DNA of 58,810 nucleotides from Candidatus Micrarchaeota archaeon (GCA_043827025.1 JBDRPL010000025.1:1-58810), one strand, 5' to 3'. Shown: positions 28,897-39,174, numbered from the stretch's first letter. A program made the numbers and translations. Notes: generated from the letters alone by a model not told the origin.

Positions 28897-31800
28897 ATTT
28901 TCCCTGGCCTATCTCCCAGTGTTTTTTGAGACATGTGTGCTTGCTGAGGTTGTGGCGGATTCGCTTGTCTTTTTTTCGCCTCTTCATTTAGTTTTTGGAT
29001 GTATGAGTTCTCTGTACTCGTGAAGTCGCTGTAGGCATCTTCCGCACTTTTTACAGTGAATTCATCAAATTGTTTTATTGCTGTCCGACCTAGTACTTCT
29101 AATCCGCGTTCGCGTTTCACTTTTCCATCTGCATAAAAATCTACGGCATCATGGTTTTCTCCATTTCCAGAGAACAATTGCCCGGCATCGATAAGTTCCT
29201 GCATCTTCTGCCTGACATTCCCTCTTCTTTGTTGCAGTGTTTCCCATTTTTTCTTGAATGCTTCGAATGCAACCTTCTTCAATTTGTTATCGAATATGAA
29301 CATTCCTCCACTCCATTCAGGCAAAAGAGTTTGGGTGAATTGTGATGCCATTTGGTTTATAGTTCCTGCATTTAATGTTTGTAAAGAGTGCAGTCCATAA
29401 TCCATTCTTGTTATGCTTAAATCAGGATTCACAATAAAATTTCCGTCATGATTGTCAACTAGTCCATAGAATAAAGCAGTTGCCATGTTATCAAAATAAC
29501 TTGCAGTGACTCTTTCAATATCCTCCTGACGTGTTTGATCTGGGAGCTTCTGCGATATTTTTCCTATGGCGTTGCCAATATTGTCCCCTTTTACAAATTC
29601 CTGGATAGATATCTGGATTTTTCTTCCTTCCATATCTGTAGCTTCATATGCTTTGCTGCTTGCAGGTACATTCGTCCTGCCGGCTTTCATCAGTTCATAT
29701 GCACTGTAGTCTGCTCGCGGGTCTGACGGTCCCCTTAATACAAATGTTCCTTTTGTTCCATCTACAAATGTAACATCTATTTGGAATGCTACATTGAAGC
29801 AGCCTGCACCCAGGTAACTTACTTGACTTATGGACTTTACCTTAGGGGTTCCGAATTCTGCTGCTGCACCTTTGACTGCAAGGCCTATTGCCCTATGGTC
29901 GGACAGCACTGCAAGCACCCGGTAATCCACGAATTTCAGGGCAGGGTCCCTCAGACGCGGGTCTCTGATATTTTCTTTAAGTTTATCATCAAAGACAGAG
30001 TATAATGGCGATTGCTTAACATCTTCTATCTTTTTTCTGGCTCTTTGGTGGATCTCTCCGTTAATATCTACTCTTAAAATATTGGGTTCATGCAATAAAA
30101 CTGCATTTTCATCAACCAATTTCATGCCTAGTTTTGTTTCTATGTCTTTCACTATGGCAAATGCTTGCCGTCTTGGGCTGTCAGGAGCCACCTTTGTTTC
30201 TTTACTATGTCTTGCAGATATGGTGTTTGGAGTATCATCATACATCCGGTTCAATACTTCTCCGACTCTTTCTGCCCTTCTTTTTGGATTCATCTGTTCA
30301 AAATCCTGGATGTCCTTTCTTGTCACTGGAGAAATTCTGTCCCCCTTTCTAATCACTGCTGTAATATCTGAGCTTACAATTGCTCTTATGAGGGTTGTTG
30401 CTGAGTAACTGCCTAATCTTGAACTTAATTCTTCATATTTGCCACCTTGTAGTGCCTTAGTTCTGGATTCATCCAATATCTTTGCTGTTTCTAGCATACG
30501 TTGTTCTTTTTTCAGCTGTCTTGCAGCAGGCACGTCTGTTGTTTCTTCAGCCCTTCTTCTTTTCTTCGCTTCTTCCTCCATTATCCTTAGCCTTTCTGCC
30601 ATTGCCCTTAGCTTTTCGGCCTGCGTTTTTGGTTTTTCTACTTTGGCTTCTACCGTTGCTGATTTTTCCTTTGCCTTGGGAGTTCCAAAAACCTGGTCAG
30701 GAGCAATTCCTTTGGCCATCATATCTACAAGCAATTCCCTTCTTTCAGTTTCCAGGGTTCTTTTCAATTCTTTTTTGCCTGCTTCTTCTGCAAGATCAAT
30801 CGCCTCATCATACTTCATCAATGCATCCATGGGATTTTCTTTCAAACGTAGCCTTGCTTCATCTATAGTGCCCTTCAAATAGATGTCCTGTGGTTTCGCA
30901 GCTGTCCTTCCAGTTTTCATTTCTTCAACACTGGCAAGCGCATCATCAATTTTCCCATCTTTCAATAAGCTGAAAACAGGCTTCAGGCTTTCGTTGACCT
31001 GCACAAAAGGGCTTTTGCTTGATTCATGCATTCCAAGCACTCTGACCCTATCTCCTCTTCCTCCCGCCATTGTTTCTGATCCAAACATTTTTGTCAATTT
31101 TGCTTCCTTTGTCTTGGCAAGCTGGTCTGAATACTCTACTATAGGAGTATGTACCCATTGCCCCTCTGTCTCCAATAAAACTCCTTTTGTGGATGATCCT
31201 CCGACATTGACACCTGTTTCCTTGTCAGATATGCTTTTTATGAACATGCCGTCTTTTGTTGCTGCAATAAGATAAACATATTTTCCATTTTCTGATTGCA
31301 TTGCGATTGTTACGTGGTCCCCGTACACGTCTTTATTCCCAAGGCTTGGCTCATTGGTCCTCCAGGAATCTAGGATCTTTGCAGGGAGATTTTCTTTCTT
31401 TCCAAGCTCAAGTGTTTGTGCACCTTCTTGCATGGATTTTTGGATCCCATCTTCTTTTGTGAACACCATGTCCATTTCGACAGTTGGTAATACTTTGTTT
31501 CCTGTTGCTACTGCCATTTGCACGCTTGGCCCGAATTCAATCAGGTGACGATCCCTGGCATCTACATGCCTGCTGTTGTCTGAAAACACTTCATCAAGTT
31601 TTTTTTGTAATCGCCAATCAATGTCCTGCAGATGCTCGCTGTTTCCCTTACTATAACTCCCAGCCATTTCTCCTGCGAACCTGCGCCATACTCCTTGCGA
31701 TTCGGACCTATAAGCCATTACGAGTTTTGCCCCACCTTCTGGATTTTGGATAAATAATGGTATGGCCACATCTTTCTTAAGGATCAGTGGCGAGCCAATC

Positions 31801-34800
31801 ATGATTTTCTGGCCACCAACATCAACAGTTTCCCTTGGTTGGAATGCTTCAGGAAATTGGCCTATCTTCTGCCTAACTCTTGACCTATACGCTTCCACAC
31901 TAGCCATTACTTGCTGTTCTGTTACATTGTGTGTTCTTGTAATATTAGAAACAGTTTTGTCCGAAATTCCCCCAAGATCTAGCCTATCAGGGATCTTCAA
32001 CGCAGGCATCTGCCGTGCATAGTGCTCTGGATTGTTTTGCACTGGCTGGATCGGAATCTCCCTACGCCTTTCATCCAGTATTCGTATTTCGCGTTCCAAC
32101 TGCTCCTTTCCAAGCCTTGGCTCCTGGACACCTGTTCTTCTCACGAAATCTTCCTTTTCTCTTAGTAGACTTCTCCACACTGTAACATACTCTTCTTTTC
32201 CAGTGCTTCTATATGCTGCTTCTGTGAATCTTATTGCATGGTCGTATGCCTGTAGGGCTTCAACATTGTTTCCCTGTGCCACAAGTTCTCTTGCACTTCC
32301 AATTCTCTTTTCAATCATCCCCTTTTCTTTGCCTATGAGATTTGCATTCAGGAACTGTCCTTTTTCAGGAATTTGTTCTCTTCCATGTTCCATTTCCTGC
32401 GGACTGACCAATTTCAATTCAGGTTTTTTGGTTCCAGGTGTTTTTCCAGCCAATTCATCCCGTTCTCTTTTTAGTATAGCAAATTCATCTTGGAAATGAG
32501 GATTCTTTGTCCTGTTATATGCAGCCCTTGCTGTAAGCATTGCATCATCATAAACTTTCAGTGCTCCTCTGACATCTCCTTTTTGCAATCTCTGTTGAAC
32601 CTCACTACTTACGCGGTCAAGCTGCTGGAACGCCTTTCTTGCAACATTCCTTGCAGACAATTCAGCAACTCCTGATCCCACTGCTCCTGTTTCATCAAGG
32701 TTGAATTCCCTAAGTTTCACCTTTACTGTGTCGAATCCCTTTGCAGTTCTTTCCTGCAGCTTTCCGAATGCTTCTTTTACATCCATTCCTTCAGTAAGCC
32801 ATGATTTTTTGTATTTCAATGCGTGTCTTAATCTAATTGCACCATGCGCGCCTCCGACAAGTGCATCAATTACATTGCTTGCGAAATTAGCTCCGGATTC
32901 ATAGGTAAGGCCGGTGTCTTTCATTTCGTATCCAGCAACTGCGATTCCACCCACAGTCATCGAAGCAGCGGCACCTAACTCGATTCCACGTGCAACCTTT
33001 TGCATAGTTGCAATTTTTCCAACAAGTCCCTCAGCTTGGGTGAGCGCAGGAGTAGCCTTCAAGATCATTGCGCCTGCTGCGAATGCTAAATTCACATAAT
33101 CAAGTTTTCCGGTAGCATTGTATGCCTCAAGCAGATTTCCAATCTGGTATGCAATTGCGAATTCAGGATTTACTATAGCCGCTATGTTGACTCCTGTTTC
33201 TATTGAGAAATCAGTCCATATTTGTGTGGTATATGCAGATGAGTATGCACTTTCGTATGCAGATGTTTTAACCAGTCCTTGTTGCAAAAGTGATCTCGCC
33301 TCTGTATTTCTTCCATTTACCGCATGATTCACTGCACTCATATAGGCCATAAGTATTGGGTTGGCAGCATCGAACATCTCTGCCTGTGCGCCTGTTGTGG
33401 TAATGGATTTCAAGCTTATCGTAGAGCTTATTATTGCATCTACTTGCTGTTGTGCGAGCCGCATTCCTTGATCCATCTTTTTCCTGGCTTCAGGATCATT
33501 TGTTGAAAGATTTCCGCTTGCCTTTGCTGCAAACACTCCTTTTTCAAATGCAATTATCCTTTCCCAGATTTCATGCCTCTCATTTCCCCTATGCGCAAAA
33601 TCAGAAAATGAATGGTATTCCATTTCAATTGCCTTTCCTTGCATTGCAACATACTTTGCAGAATTAAATTCCCCACCTTCTTTCATTTCACGCGTAGCTG
33701 TCTGGGCAATTTCAAGGAATCTTTTTGCAGCGCTTTGCAGGTTGCCTATCCTTACCCCCATTCCCATGTCTCCGCTTCTTTCTTCCTTGGTTTTAGAGAT
33801 TATGGCCTGAAGCTTTGCATATTCCCTCATGGCATAGGTTGCAGTTTCGATGTATCCCTGCTTTTTCTTAATTTCAAACTGAGCCTCTTGCACTTCAGCA
33901 ACTCTTTTCAAAAATGCAAGGTCTCCTGATTTGATCTTGCCTTGCCTTGCAATGCCTTCTGCATAATTGTTGAAGATATCTCTAGGCAATTCGCCTCTTC
34001 CAACTCTTCCCAGGGAATCCTGCAGTTCCGCAGGTATCTTCCCTGTTCTTCCAGCAAGCATTTCCTGCCTGAGTGCAGTGAAGTCTTTGCTTAGCCACAT
34101 CCTTGCATCTCGCATTTGAAGTGTAATGCTTGCTCCAACATCTCTCAATCCAGGAACGCCAGTTAGCGATTTACTTACTCGCATTACGCCTTCGTAATAT
34201 TGATATATCGAATCAACGTTCTGCTCAAGTGCATCCACTGACTTTAATCTTCTTGCAAGACCTTCTTTCTTTGACATATCTGACGCAATATCCTTCAATT
34301 CGCGCACTGCTTCCCCTGTTTTTCCAGCTCGAAGGTCACCAAGTGCATGTTCAAGCCTTCTTTGGAATGTTGCAGCATCATAGACAAGCTGCTTACCATC
34401 AGTTACGCGTAGCTCCTGTCCAAGTTTTTGGTTCTGCTGGCCCATTAGTTGTATGTTTCTCATTATGGCTGCTTCTGTTTTTTTCTCATGCAATGCAATT
34501 CCAGAATGCCTCAACTCTAAATAGGCATCATTCAGCACCCCTGGTTTATTCGTAAGTGCAGCCTCTTCTATCTTTGCGAATGCTGCTTCAATATTAGGAA
34601 TCGCCTTTCCTGCTTTGGCTGCAAGCGCTCCTTTCATGCTTGTCAGCGCATCCAGATATGCGTAGGCGCATGCTTCGTTTAGTCTATTTCCTTCAGCCAG
34701 ATATTCTTTGTAGTGTGCCTTTGCCTTCATCGTATGTTGAGCATAAACTCCGCCTTGGAAACAGGATAGTTCCTGTTCAAACGCAGCAGTTTTTATTTTC

Positions 34801-35735
34801 CTGTTTGCTTCTGTGAATCCTGATTCCATTTCCTGCAGATTCGTTCCTTTTGCCTGTGAATATTCCTGCACTGTTTTCCCCGTCTTGACTGCTCCGTCAA
34901 CAAGCGAGAAATATGCCTTTGCCACCTGTTCTTCCTGGGCAATCTTTGCAGGCCGTTTTATTCCAGCTCTCAGATTGGCAAAATCATATGCCTTCTGTGA
35001 TTCTTCGAAATACCCTCTAGATGCGTATTCGAATGGCCTGTCGAAATCCTGTGATGTTTTTGAAGCATAATTCTCGGCTTTTTTAGCTAGTATGGATATG
35101 AGCAACCCTGAGACATCAGAATTTATCTGCAAGTGAAGTGCCTTATCAAGCTTTTGTTTGTCTTCAGGATTTAGTTTTGAATATGTTACTGCTGCGTTTG
35201 CATAATTGGCTGCTGAACTAAGGTCATGCAATATTGCCATGTCCCAGGATGCTTTCAGATATTCCTGCACCTTTGGTGCTTCTTTCTTCACCCTGTTTTC
35301 AGCAATCCTGTCTGCCAATGCAAGAAACACCATACCTTCCTTTGCAAGTTGTGCGGTTTGTTCTAGTTTTCCCTGTTGCATATTGTGTGAAGCACTTTCA
35401 AAAACAGATTTTGTCTGCTGGTATCTTTCAGTATCCTCGCCTTTGCTTTTTGCAAGCCTTGCTTCTGTCTGGCCCAGACTCTGCTGGATTCTTGCACCAA
35501 GTTGTTTTTCTAGCATTTGTTTGGCTCTTACTACGCCTTCTGCCAATCCGTCTTTGAAATTCTCTACTCTTCTTTCTGCCTGCGCAGACTTTTCAATTGC
35601 AATTCCTTTTGGAAGTTCTATTTTTGGTTTTGTCACACCACTGAGTGTTTGTTCGAGCTGGTCTTCGAATGATTTGATTTCCTGCACTGGCTCTTTGTAT
35701 TTTCCACACATCTTTATCCCTGCGCTTTTTTGCAC
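28893..35735 (-). CDS. Giant multidomain protein: helical N-terminus, hydrophobic central segment, C-terminal atypical kinase-like domain
   Basis: 2280-aa uninterrupted ORF. YLGAGCFNVAF (Gly loop), QEFVKG (hinge), GLVDNHDGNFIV (catalytic loop), RMDYG. Confidence 0.8.
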   Translation of the reverse strand: MQKSAGIKMCGKYKEPVQEIKSFEDQLEQTLSGVTKPKIELPKGIAIEKSAQAERRVENFKDGLAEGVVRAKQMLEKQLGARIQQSLGQTEARLAKSKGEDTERYQQTKSVFESASHNMQQGKLEQTAQLAKEGMVFLALADRIAENRVKKEAPKVQEYLKASWDMAILHDLSSAANYANAAVTYSKLNPEDKQKLDKALHLQINSDVSGLLISILAKKAENYASKTSQDFDRPFEYASRGYFEESQKAYDFANLRAGIKRPAKIAQEEQVAKAYFSLVDGAVKTGKTVQEYSQAKGTNLQEMESGFTEANRKIKTAAFEQELSCFQGGVYAQHTMKAKAHYKEYLAEGNRLNEACAYAYLDALTSMKGALAAKAGKAIPNIEAAFAKIEEAALTNKPGVLNDAYLELRHSGIALHEKKTEAAIMRNIQLMGQQNQKLGQELRVTDGKQLVYDAATFQRRLEHALGDLRAGKTGEAVRELKDIASDMSKKEGLARRLKSVDALEQNVDSIYQYYEGVMRVSKSLTGVPGLRDVGASITLQMRDARMWLSKDFTALRQEMLAGRTGKIPAELQDSLGRVGRGELPRDIFNNYAEGIARQGKIKSGDLAFLKRVAEVQEAQFEIKKKQGYIETATYAMREYAKLQAIISKTKEERSGDMGMGVRIGNLQSAAKRFLEIAQTATREMKEGGEFNSAKYVAMQGKAIEMEYHSFSDFAHRGNERHEIWERIIAFEKGVFAAKASGNLSTNDPEARKKMDQGMRLAQQQVDAIISSTISLKSITTTGAQAEMFDAANPILMAYMSAVNHAVNGRNTEARSLLQQGLVKTSAYESAYSSAYTTQIWTDFSIETGVNIAAIVNPEFAIAYQIGNLLEAYNATGKLDYVNLAFAAGAMILKATPALTQAEGLVGKIATMQKVARGIELGAAASMTVGGIAVAGYEMKDTGLTYESGANFASNVIDALVGGAHGAIRLRHALKYKKSWLTEGMDVKEAFGKLQERTAKGFDTVKVKLREFNLDETGAVGSGVAELSARNVARKAFQQLDRVSSEVQQRLQKGDVRGALKVYDDAMLTARAAYNRTKNPHFQDEFAILKRERDELAGKTPGTKKPELKLVSPQEMEHGREQIPEKGQFLNANLIGKEKGMIEKRIGSARELVAQGNNVEALQAYDHAIRFTEAAYRSTGKEEYVTVWRSLLREKEDFVRRTGVQEPRLGKEQLEREIRILDERRREIPIQPVQNNPEHYARQMPALKIPDRLDLGGISDKTVSNITRTHNVTEQQVMASVEAYRSRVRQKIGQFPEAFQPRETVDVGGQKIMIGSPLILKKDVAIPLFIQNPEGGAKLVMAYRSESQGVWRRFAGEMAGSYSKGNSEHLQDIDWRLQKKLDEVFSDNSRHVDARDRHLIEFGPSVQMAVATGNKVLPTVEMDMVFTKEDGIQKSMQEGAQTLELGKKENLPAKILDSWRTNEPSLGNKDVYGDHVTIAMQSENGKYVYLIAATKDGMFIKSISDKETGVNVGGSSTKGVLLETEGQWVHTPIVEYSDQLAKTKEAKLTKMFGSETMAGGRGDRVRVLGMHESSKSPFVQVNESLKPVFSLLKDGKIDDALASVEEMKTGRTAAKPQDIYLKGTIDEARLRLKENPMDALMKYDEAIDLAEEAGKKELKRTLETERRELLVDMMAKGIAPDQVFGTPKAKEKSATVEAKVEKPKTQAEKLRAMAERLRIMEEEAKKRRRAEETTDVPAARQLKKEQRMLETAKILDESRTKALQGGKYEELSSRLGSYSATTLIRAIVSSDITAVIRKGDRISPVTRKDIQDFEQMNPKRRAERVGEVLNRMYDDTPNTISARHSKETKVAPDSPRRQAFAIVKDIETKLGMKLVDENAVLLHEPNILRVDINGEIHQRARKKIEDVKQSPLYSVFDDKLKENIRDPRLRDPALKFVDYRVLAVLSDHRAIGLAVKGAAAEFGTPKVKSISQVSYLGAGCFNVAFQIDVTFVDGTKGTFVLRGPSDPRADYSAYELMKAGRTNVPASSKAYEATDMEGRKIQISIQEFVKGDNIGNAIGKISQKLPDQTRQEDIERVTASYFDNMATALFYGLVDNHDGNFIVNPDLSITRMDYGLHSLQTLNAGTINQMASQFTQTLLPEWSGGMFIFDNKLKKVAFEAFKKKWETLQQRRGNVRQKMQELIDAGQLFSGNGENHDAVDFYADGKVKRERGLEVLGRTAIKQFDEFTVKSAEDAYSDFTSTENSYIQKLNEEAKKRQANPPQPQQAHMSQKTLGDRPGKI

Positions 35736-35989
35736 ATTTTAAAGAACTCTTTGAGTCTTGTCATCCTTTCAAAAACAGTCATCTCAAAATGAGTTGGATA
35801 TTCATCCTGCCATTTCACAAGTATCTGCATGTATGCCTGGAATTTTTTAATATCCATATTCGAATCGCTTTTCTGTTTTGATTCTGCAATTACTGCATTG
35901 ACAGCTTCAAGTGCAACCTGAGATCTTTGCTGGATTTCTTCTTCCATAGCATCTAAGTAATCTTCAACATCTATGGGTTCGCCTTCCAT
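35714..35989 (-). CDS. Small acidic helical protein upstream of the giant gene
   Basis: 91-aa ORF abutting or overlapping the start of the giant ORF. Confidence 0.6.
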   Translation of the reverse strand: MEGEPIDVEDYLDAMEEEIQQRSQVALEAVNAVIAESKQKSDSNMDIKKFQAYMQILVKWQDEYPTHFEMTVFERMTRLKEFFKMCKKAQG

Positions 35990-36013
35990 GCACTTATATA
36001 GGCATTATCCTTT

Positions 36014-36544
36014 TTAGATGTATTCCAGGGCGAATGTTCCCAGGTATGCGAGCAATATGTACCTGGCAATTCTTCCAAGGGCGCATGAGAACAAGAATCT
36101 TGGAAGGGAAATCCCTAGGCCGCCTGCAGCTATTCCTGCAATGTCGAATAAGGGATTAGGTATGAATGCCAATATAAAAATCGCAGGGATATCATTCTTC
36201 TTTATCATTTCAAGGTATTTTCTGTGTTTCTTGAGTTTTTCATCATGGATCATCTTCTCTGCGCCTGACCCTGCGATATATCCCGTAGTCTCTCCTAATG
36301 CTGAACCTATGCCAGCTACAATTCCAACTATATATGGATTCAGGACCCCTGCCATAGCAATGACTATGGCCCAGCCTGGTGCAGGTATGAATAAGGTTGC
36401 CGAAGACAGCATTGAAACTATAAATACGCCAGCATATCCGAATTGTTCGAATTCCTTGAGTTTGTCGCTGAAGGCAAGTATGATGACAATTAGGGCAACT
36501 GCAAATATTATTTGTAGCAATCCCTTGACTTTGTCATATGCCAT
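36014..36544 (-). CDS. VTT/DedA (SNARE-associated) family membrane protein
   Basis: GSALGETTGYIAG, IPNPLFDIAGIAAG, GRIARY. Confidence 0.88.
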   Translation of the reverse strand: MAYDKVKGLLQIIFAVALIVIILAFSDKLKEFEQFGYAGVFIVSMLSSATLFIPAPGWAIVIAMAGVLNPYIVGIVAGIGSALGETTGYIAGSGAEKMIHDEKLKKHRKYLEMIKKNDIPAIFILAFIPNPLFDIAGIAAGGLGISLPRFLFSCALGRIARYILLAYLGTFALEYI

Positions 36545-36629
36545 GGTTTTAACTGGTGGGCGTTGATTTAAATTAGTTTCGTCTCTGAAATATTACTTCA
36601 ATTGGACAGAGCCTATTCTGTCTATTTGG

Positions 36630-36768
36630 TGAAAGTTTAAGGGCATGTGGCAGAAACTTCTTTCGGGTTGCCAAAGAAGTTTCATCAAGAAAGCTTGGTA
36701 ATTGCTTTAGGAAGTTTGATTAAACTTTATCCGAATAAATGTCTGATGAAAGTTTAAGGGCATGTGGC
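36630..36768 (+). repeat. 22-bp direct repeat including the first 11 nt of tRNA-Ala, enclosing two palindromic elements
   Basis: TGAAAGTTTAAGGGCATGTGGC at 36630-36651 and 36747-36768; hairpin elements at 36652-36693 and 36710-36756. Confidence 0.85.
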
Positions 36769-36829
36769 TCAATGGTAGAGCGCCCGCTTTGCATGCGGGA
36801 GGCTGGGGGTTCGAATCCCTCCTTGTCCA
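36758..36829 (+). tRNA. tRNA-Ala(TGC), no intron
   Basis: 72-nt cloverleaf with G3:U70, anticodon TGC and GTTCGAATC; one U6:U67 mismatch. Confidence 0.93.
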
Positions 36830-36928
36830 ATGAACTTTTTCTTTCTCGCAGAAAGAAAAACTTCAATGAAAAAGAAAGACCTACTTGAAAAGAAAAAGTT
36901 TATTGTGCACCAAAAGAGAGAACTATTT

Positions 36929-37039
36929 TTATCTACAGTTCAATTCGTCCAGCCTGGATTTGCTTGTTATTCTCCAAGTGTTGAGCATCTTTCTTCTTTT
37001 CATTCTTAGCTCTTTTATACTAACACCGTACATTGTCAT
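36929..37039 (-). CDS. Possible 36-aa basic peptide
   Basis: MTMYGVSIKELRMKRRKMLNTWRITSKSRLDELNCR with a GGGGTGG SD-like motif upstream. Confidence 0.3.
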   Translation of the reverse strand: MTMYGVSIKELRMKRRKMLNTWRITSKSRLDELNCR

Positions 37040-37119
37040 ACGGACCACCCCACTTACTTTTTGTTAGTATTACGTTCTAGCTGAGGTATATAAGGAAGCC
37101 AGTGGCCTTTAGGTAATGC

Positions 37120-37689
37120 CTATTCGGAAATCTCAATTGCTTCATACACAAAGAATTCAGTATCTGGCTCTTTCCATCCATCTTTCGACATCCCTGCCTT
37201 TATACTGAGTTCAGACATGAATTCTGTTTTGTCTGGGATCTGTTCCCATACTGCTGGTAAGTATGTTGCGGTATGGAAACCATTTTTCATTATGACTCCA
37301 TGCTTATCAGGAATCAGTTTCTCAAAGAATTCCTGCCAGTTCTTCACCTTCATTTTCTTTGGAGGGGTAAGGACAGAAATAGTTATCTTCACCTTAGGTA
37401 GTTCTTCAGGCTTCAACTCATAGAATCTTGGGTCATTGAATGCTGCATAGACCGCATTATTTACAACATCAAGGCAAAGAGGCCTTCTTGCCTCAAGACT
37501 TCCTATGCAACCGCGAAGGTGTTCGCCAATATACAGTGTCACGAAGGTAGCGGCATCCTCCGTCATTCTCTTTGACGGGATTTCTTGAGGTTTCACATCA
37601 ATGACAGTTCCAGTCTTGAAGTAATCTTGGATTGCTGTTCTAGCAAGGCCTAAAAGAAACCTCTCTTCTTCTTTGGTAAATTCCATCAT
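37120..37689 (-). CDS. amrA: AmmeMemoRadiSam system protein A (AMMECR1 family)
   Basis: ATFVTL...LRGCIG, AAFNDPRF, ISVLT, ATYLPAVW, KAG. Start at ATG 37689. Confidence 0.93.
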   Translation of the reverse strand: MMEFTKEEERFLLGLARTAIQDYFKTGTVIDVKPQEIPSKRMTEDAATFVTLYIGEHLRGCIGSLEARRPLCLDVVNNAVYAAFNDPRFYELKPEELPKVKITISVLTPPKKMKVKNWQEFFEKLIPDKHGVIMKNGFHTATYLPAVWEQIPDKTEFMSELSIKAGMSKDGWKEPDTEFFVYEAIEISE

Positions 37690-37802
37690 TTTATCTTGCA
37701 GGTTAGGTTTTAATTTATATATTCTAGAACCTGCGTCTATGTGGTTGAATGTGGTTTGTTCAACCGAAGCATTTATAATTATATTTAACCATAAATAGCT
37801 AC

Positions 37803-38324
37803 ATGATCCGACTACCGGTTTTGACCAAAAAATCCAACAGAACATCTTTTTTACGTCCACTGCAATTATTGGTTGCAGGCTCTTGTCTTGTTGCATGCGC
37901 GCATTCCAAGAATCTTGAAAGGAATCCTCAGACGGATCATTGTGAACTTACTGGTTCCACTTTAACATTAACGATTCCTGGCAATGGCGTAAGGTCAATT
38001 GATTTAGATGTCCCTGATGGAGTTACATTCTCTGAACCTATTGCCATTTCCTGTCAGGACCATCGAACTATAATCGTAACTCCGGAAGGAGTAATCAGAA
38101 CTCTTGGACTTTTGGACGTTGCTACAGGAAGAGAAATGTTAGGTCTTTTTTCAGATGGGATTTTCAGACCTCAGAATGCCATCTTATTTTATACTTTAGG
38201 TACTGTCGGGAAGTTGTCTTCAGCTTCCATTGATGGCAATTGTGTGATATTTGAGAGTGTTGACGGGAAAAGCTGCCGCGTAAATGCTGATTCTCCATTC
38301 AAGCCTGCAATATGCAAGCAATAA
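37803..38324 (+). CDS. Hypothetical exported protein
   Basis: Signal-like segment LLVAGSCLVAC followed by a beta-rich body. Confidence 0.55.
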   Translation: MIRLPVLTKKSNRTSFLRPLQLLVAGSCLVACAHSKNLERNPQTDHCELTGSTLTLTIPGNGVRSIDLDVPDGVTFSEPIAISCQDHRTIIVTPEGVIRTLGLLDVATGREMLGLFSDGIFRPQNAILFYTLGTVGKLSSASIDGNCVIFESVDGKSCRVNADSPFKPAICKQ

Positions 38325-38360
38325 ATAGGTTCTTATCGAATGTATGTTAGGTGAAATCAT

Positions 38361-39149
38361 ATGAGTCCTGTTACATCAGAAATGCAAGTTACTTTGCCAA
38401 TTTTGGCTCAAGAACTTGATACAAAAGTTCTTCAAAAGAGATTTGGTGTTGCATACGATGCTGCAGTGAAAGCAGTAGTTGTTACAGTTGATGCCAAAGC
38501 CAAAGAATACAATCGGGAGATTCTAAGAGCAGTTAAGGCTAAGGATTATGTGGCAATTGGGAAACTCATAGATGGTTTGCCAAGTGATTTGGATCTGCAT
38601 GGATTTAAGCTTAATCGGTATGCCAATGCAGATAAGCCTGAAAAAGTAGATCGCTTTTTTGATGAAGATGCAAAGTTATATTCCCAATATGTTCGGGAAC
38701 CTGAAGTTCCTAATTATGAGGATTATATAAAAGCTACAATGAAACTTGCAGATTCAGAAGAGGTAAATCTTACTTTAAGTTTTGCGAATCTCAAGGCAAA
38801 ATCCAACCCCTCAATCTCTGCAACTCTTAAAGAAGGAAAAGGATCATTCGTCAGGGATGCAACTATGCTTGTAGATGGTGGGGTCAAAGGAAGGCGCGTT
38901 AACAGTAGCTTTGATGTTGCAGATGCGACTGTTGCCAGCCTGATGGCAAGGTCATTAGTTCAACAAATAGGTATTTCCGGCGCAAATGCTCCAAAAGAAG
39001 CGATTCCTTTCGAAGATGCGCAAATTCCAAAAGGCCATTACCCTGTAAGTTTTGGGGTTGATGGGACAAATGTCATTTACATGTGGCCAAAGTGGATAGG
39101 AGTAGGTATGTCAACTGTTGACTTGCAACAAGTGCCTCGTAAAACCTAG
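38361..39149 (+). CDS. Hypothetical protein
   Basis: 262-aa ORF with an AGGTGA SD motif. Confidence 0.65.
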   Translation: MSPVTSEMQVTLPILAQELDTKVLQKRFGVAYDAAVKAVVVTVDAKAKEYNREILRAVKAKDYVAIGKLIDGLPSDLDLHGFKLNRYANADKPEKVDRFFDEDAKLYSQYVREPEVPNYEDYIKATMKLADSEEVNLTLSFANLKAKSNPSISATLKEGKGSFVRDATMLVDGGVKGRRVNSSFDVADATVASLMARSLVQQIGISGANAPKEAIPFEDAQIPKGHYPVSFGVDGTNVIYMWPKWIGVGMSTVDLQQVPRKT

Positions 39150-39174
39150 TTTCTGGCATTTTGGAATTTCTTTT

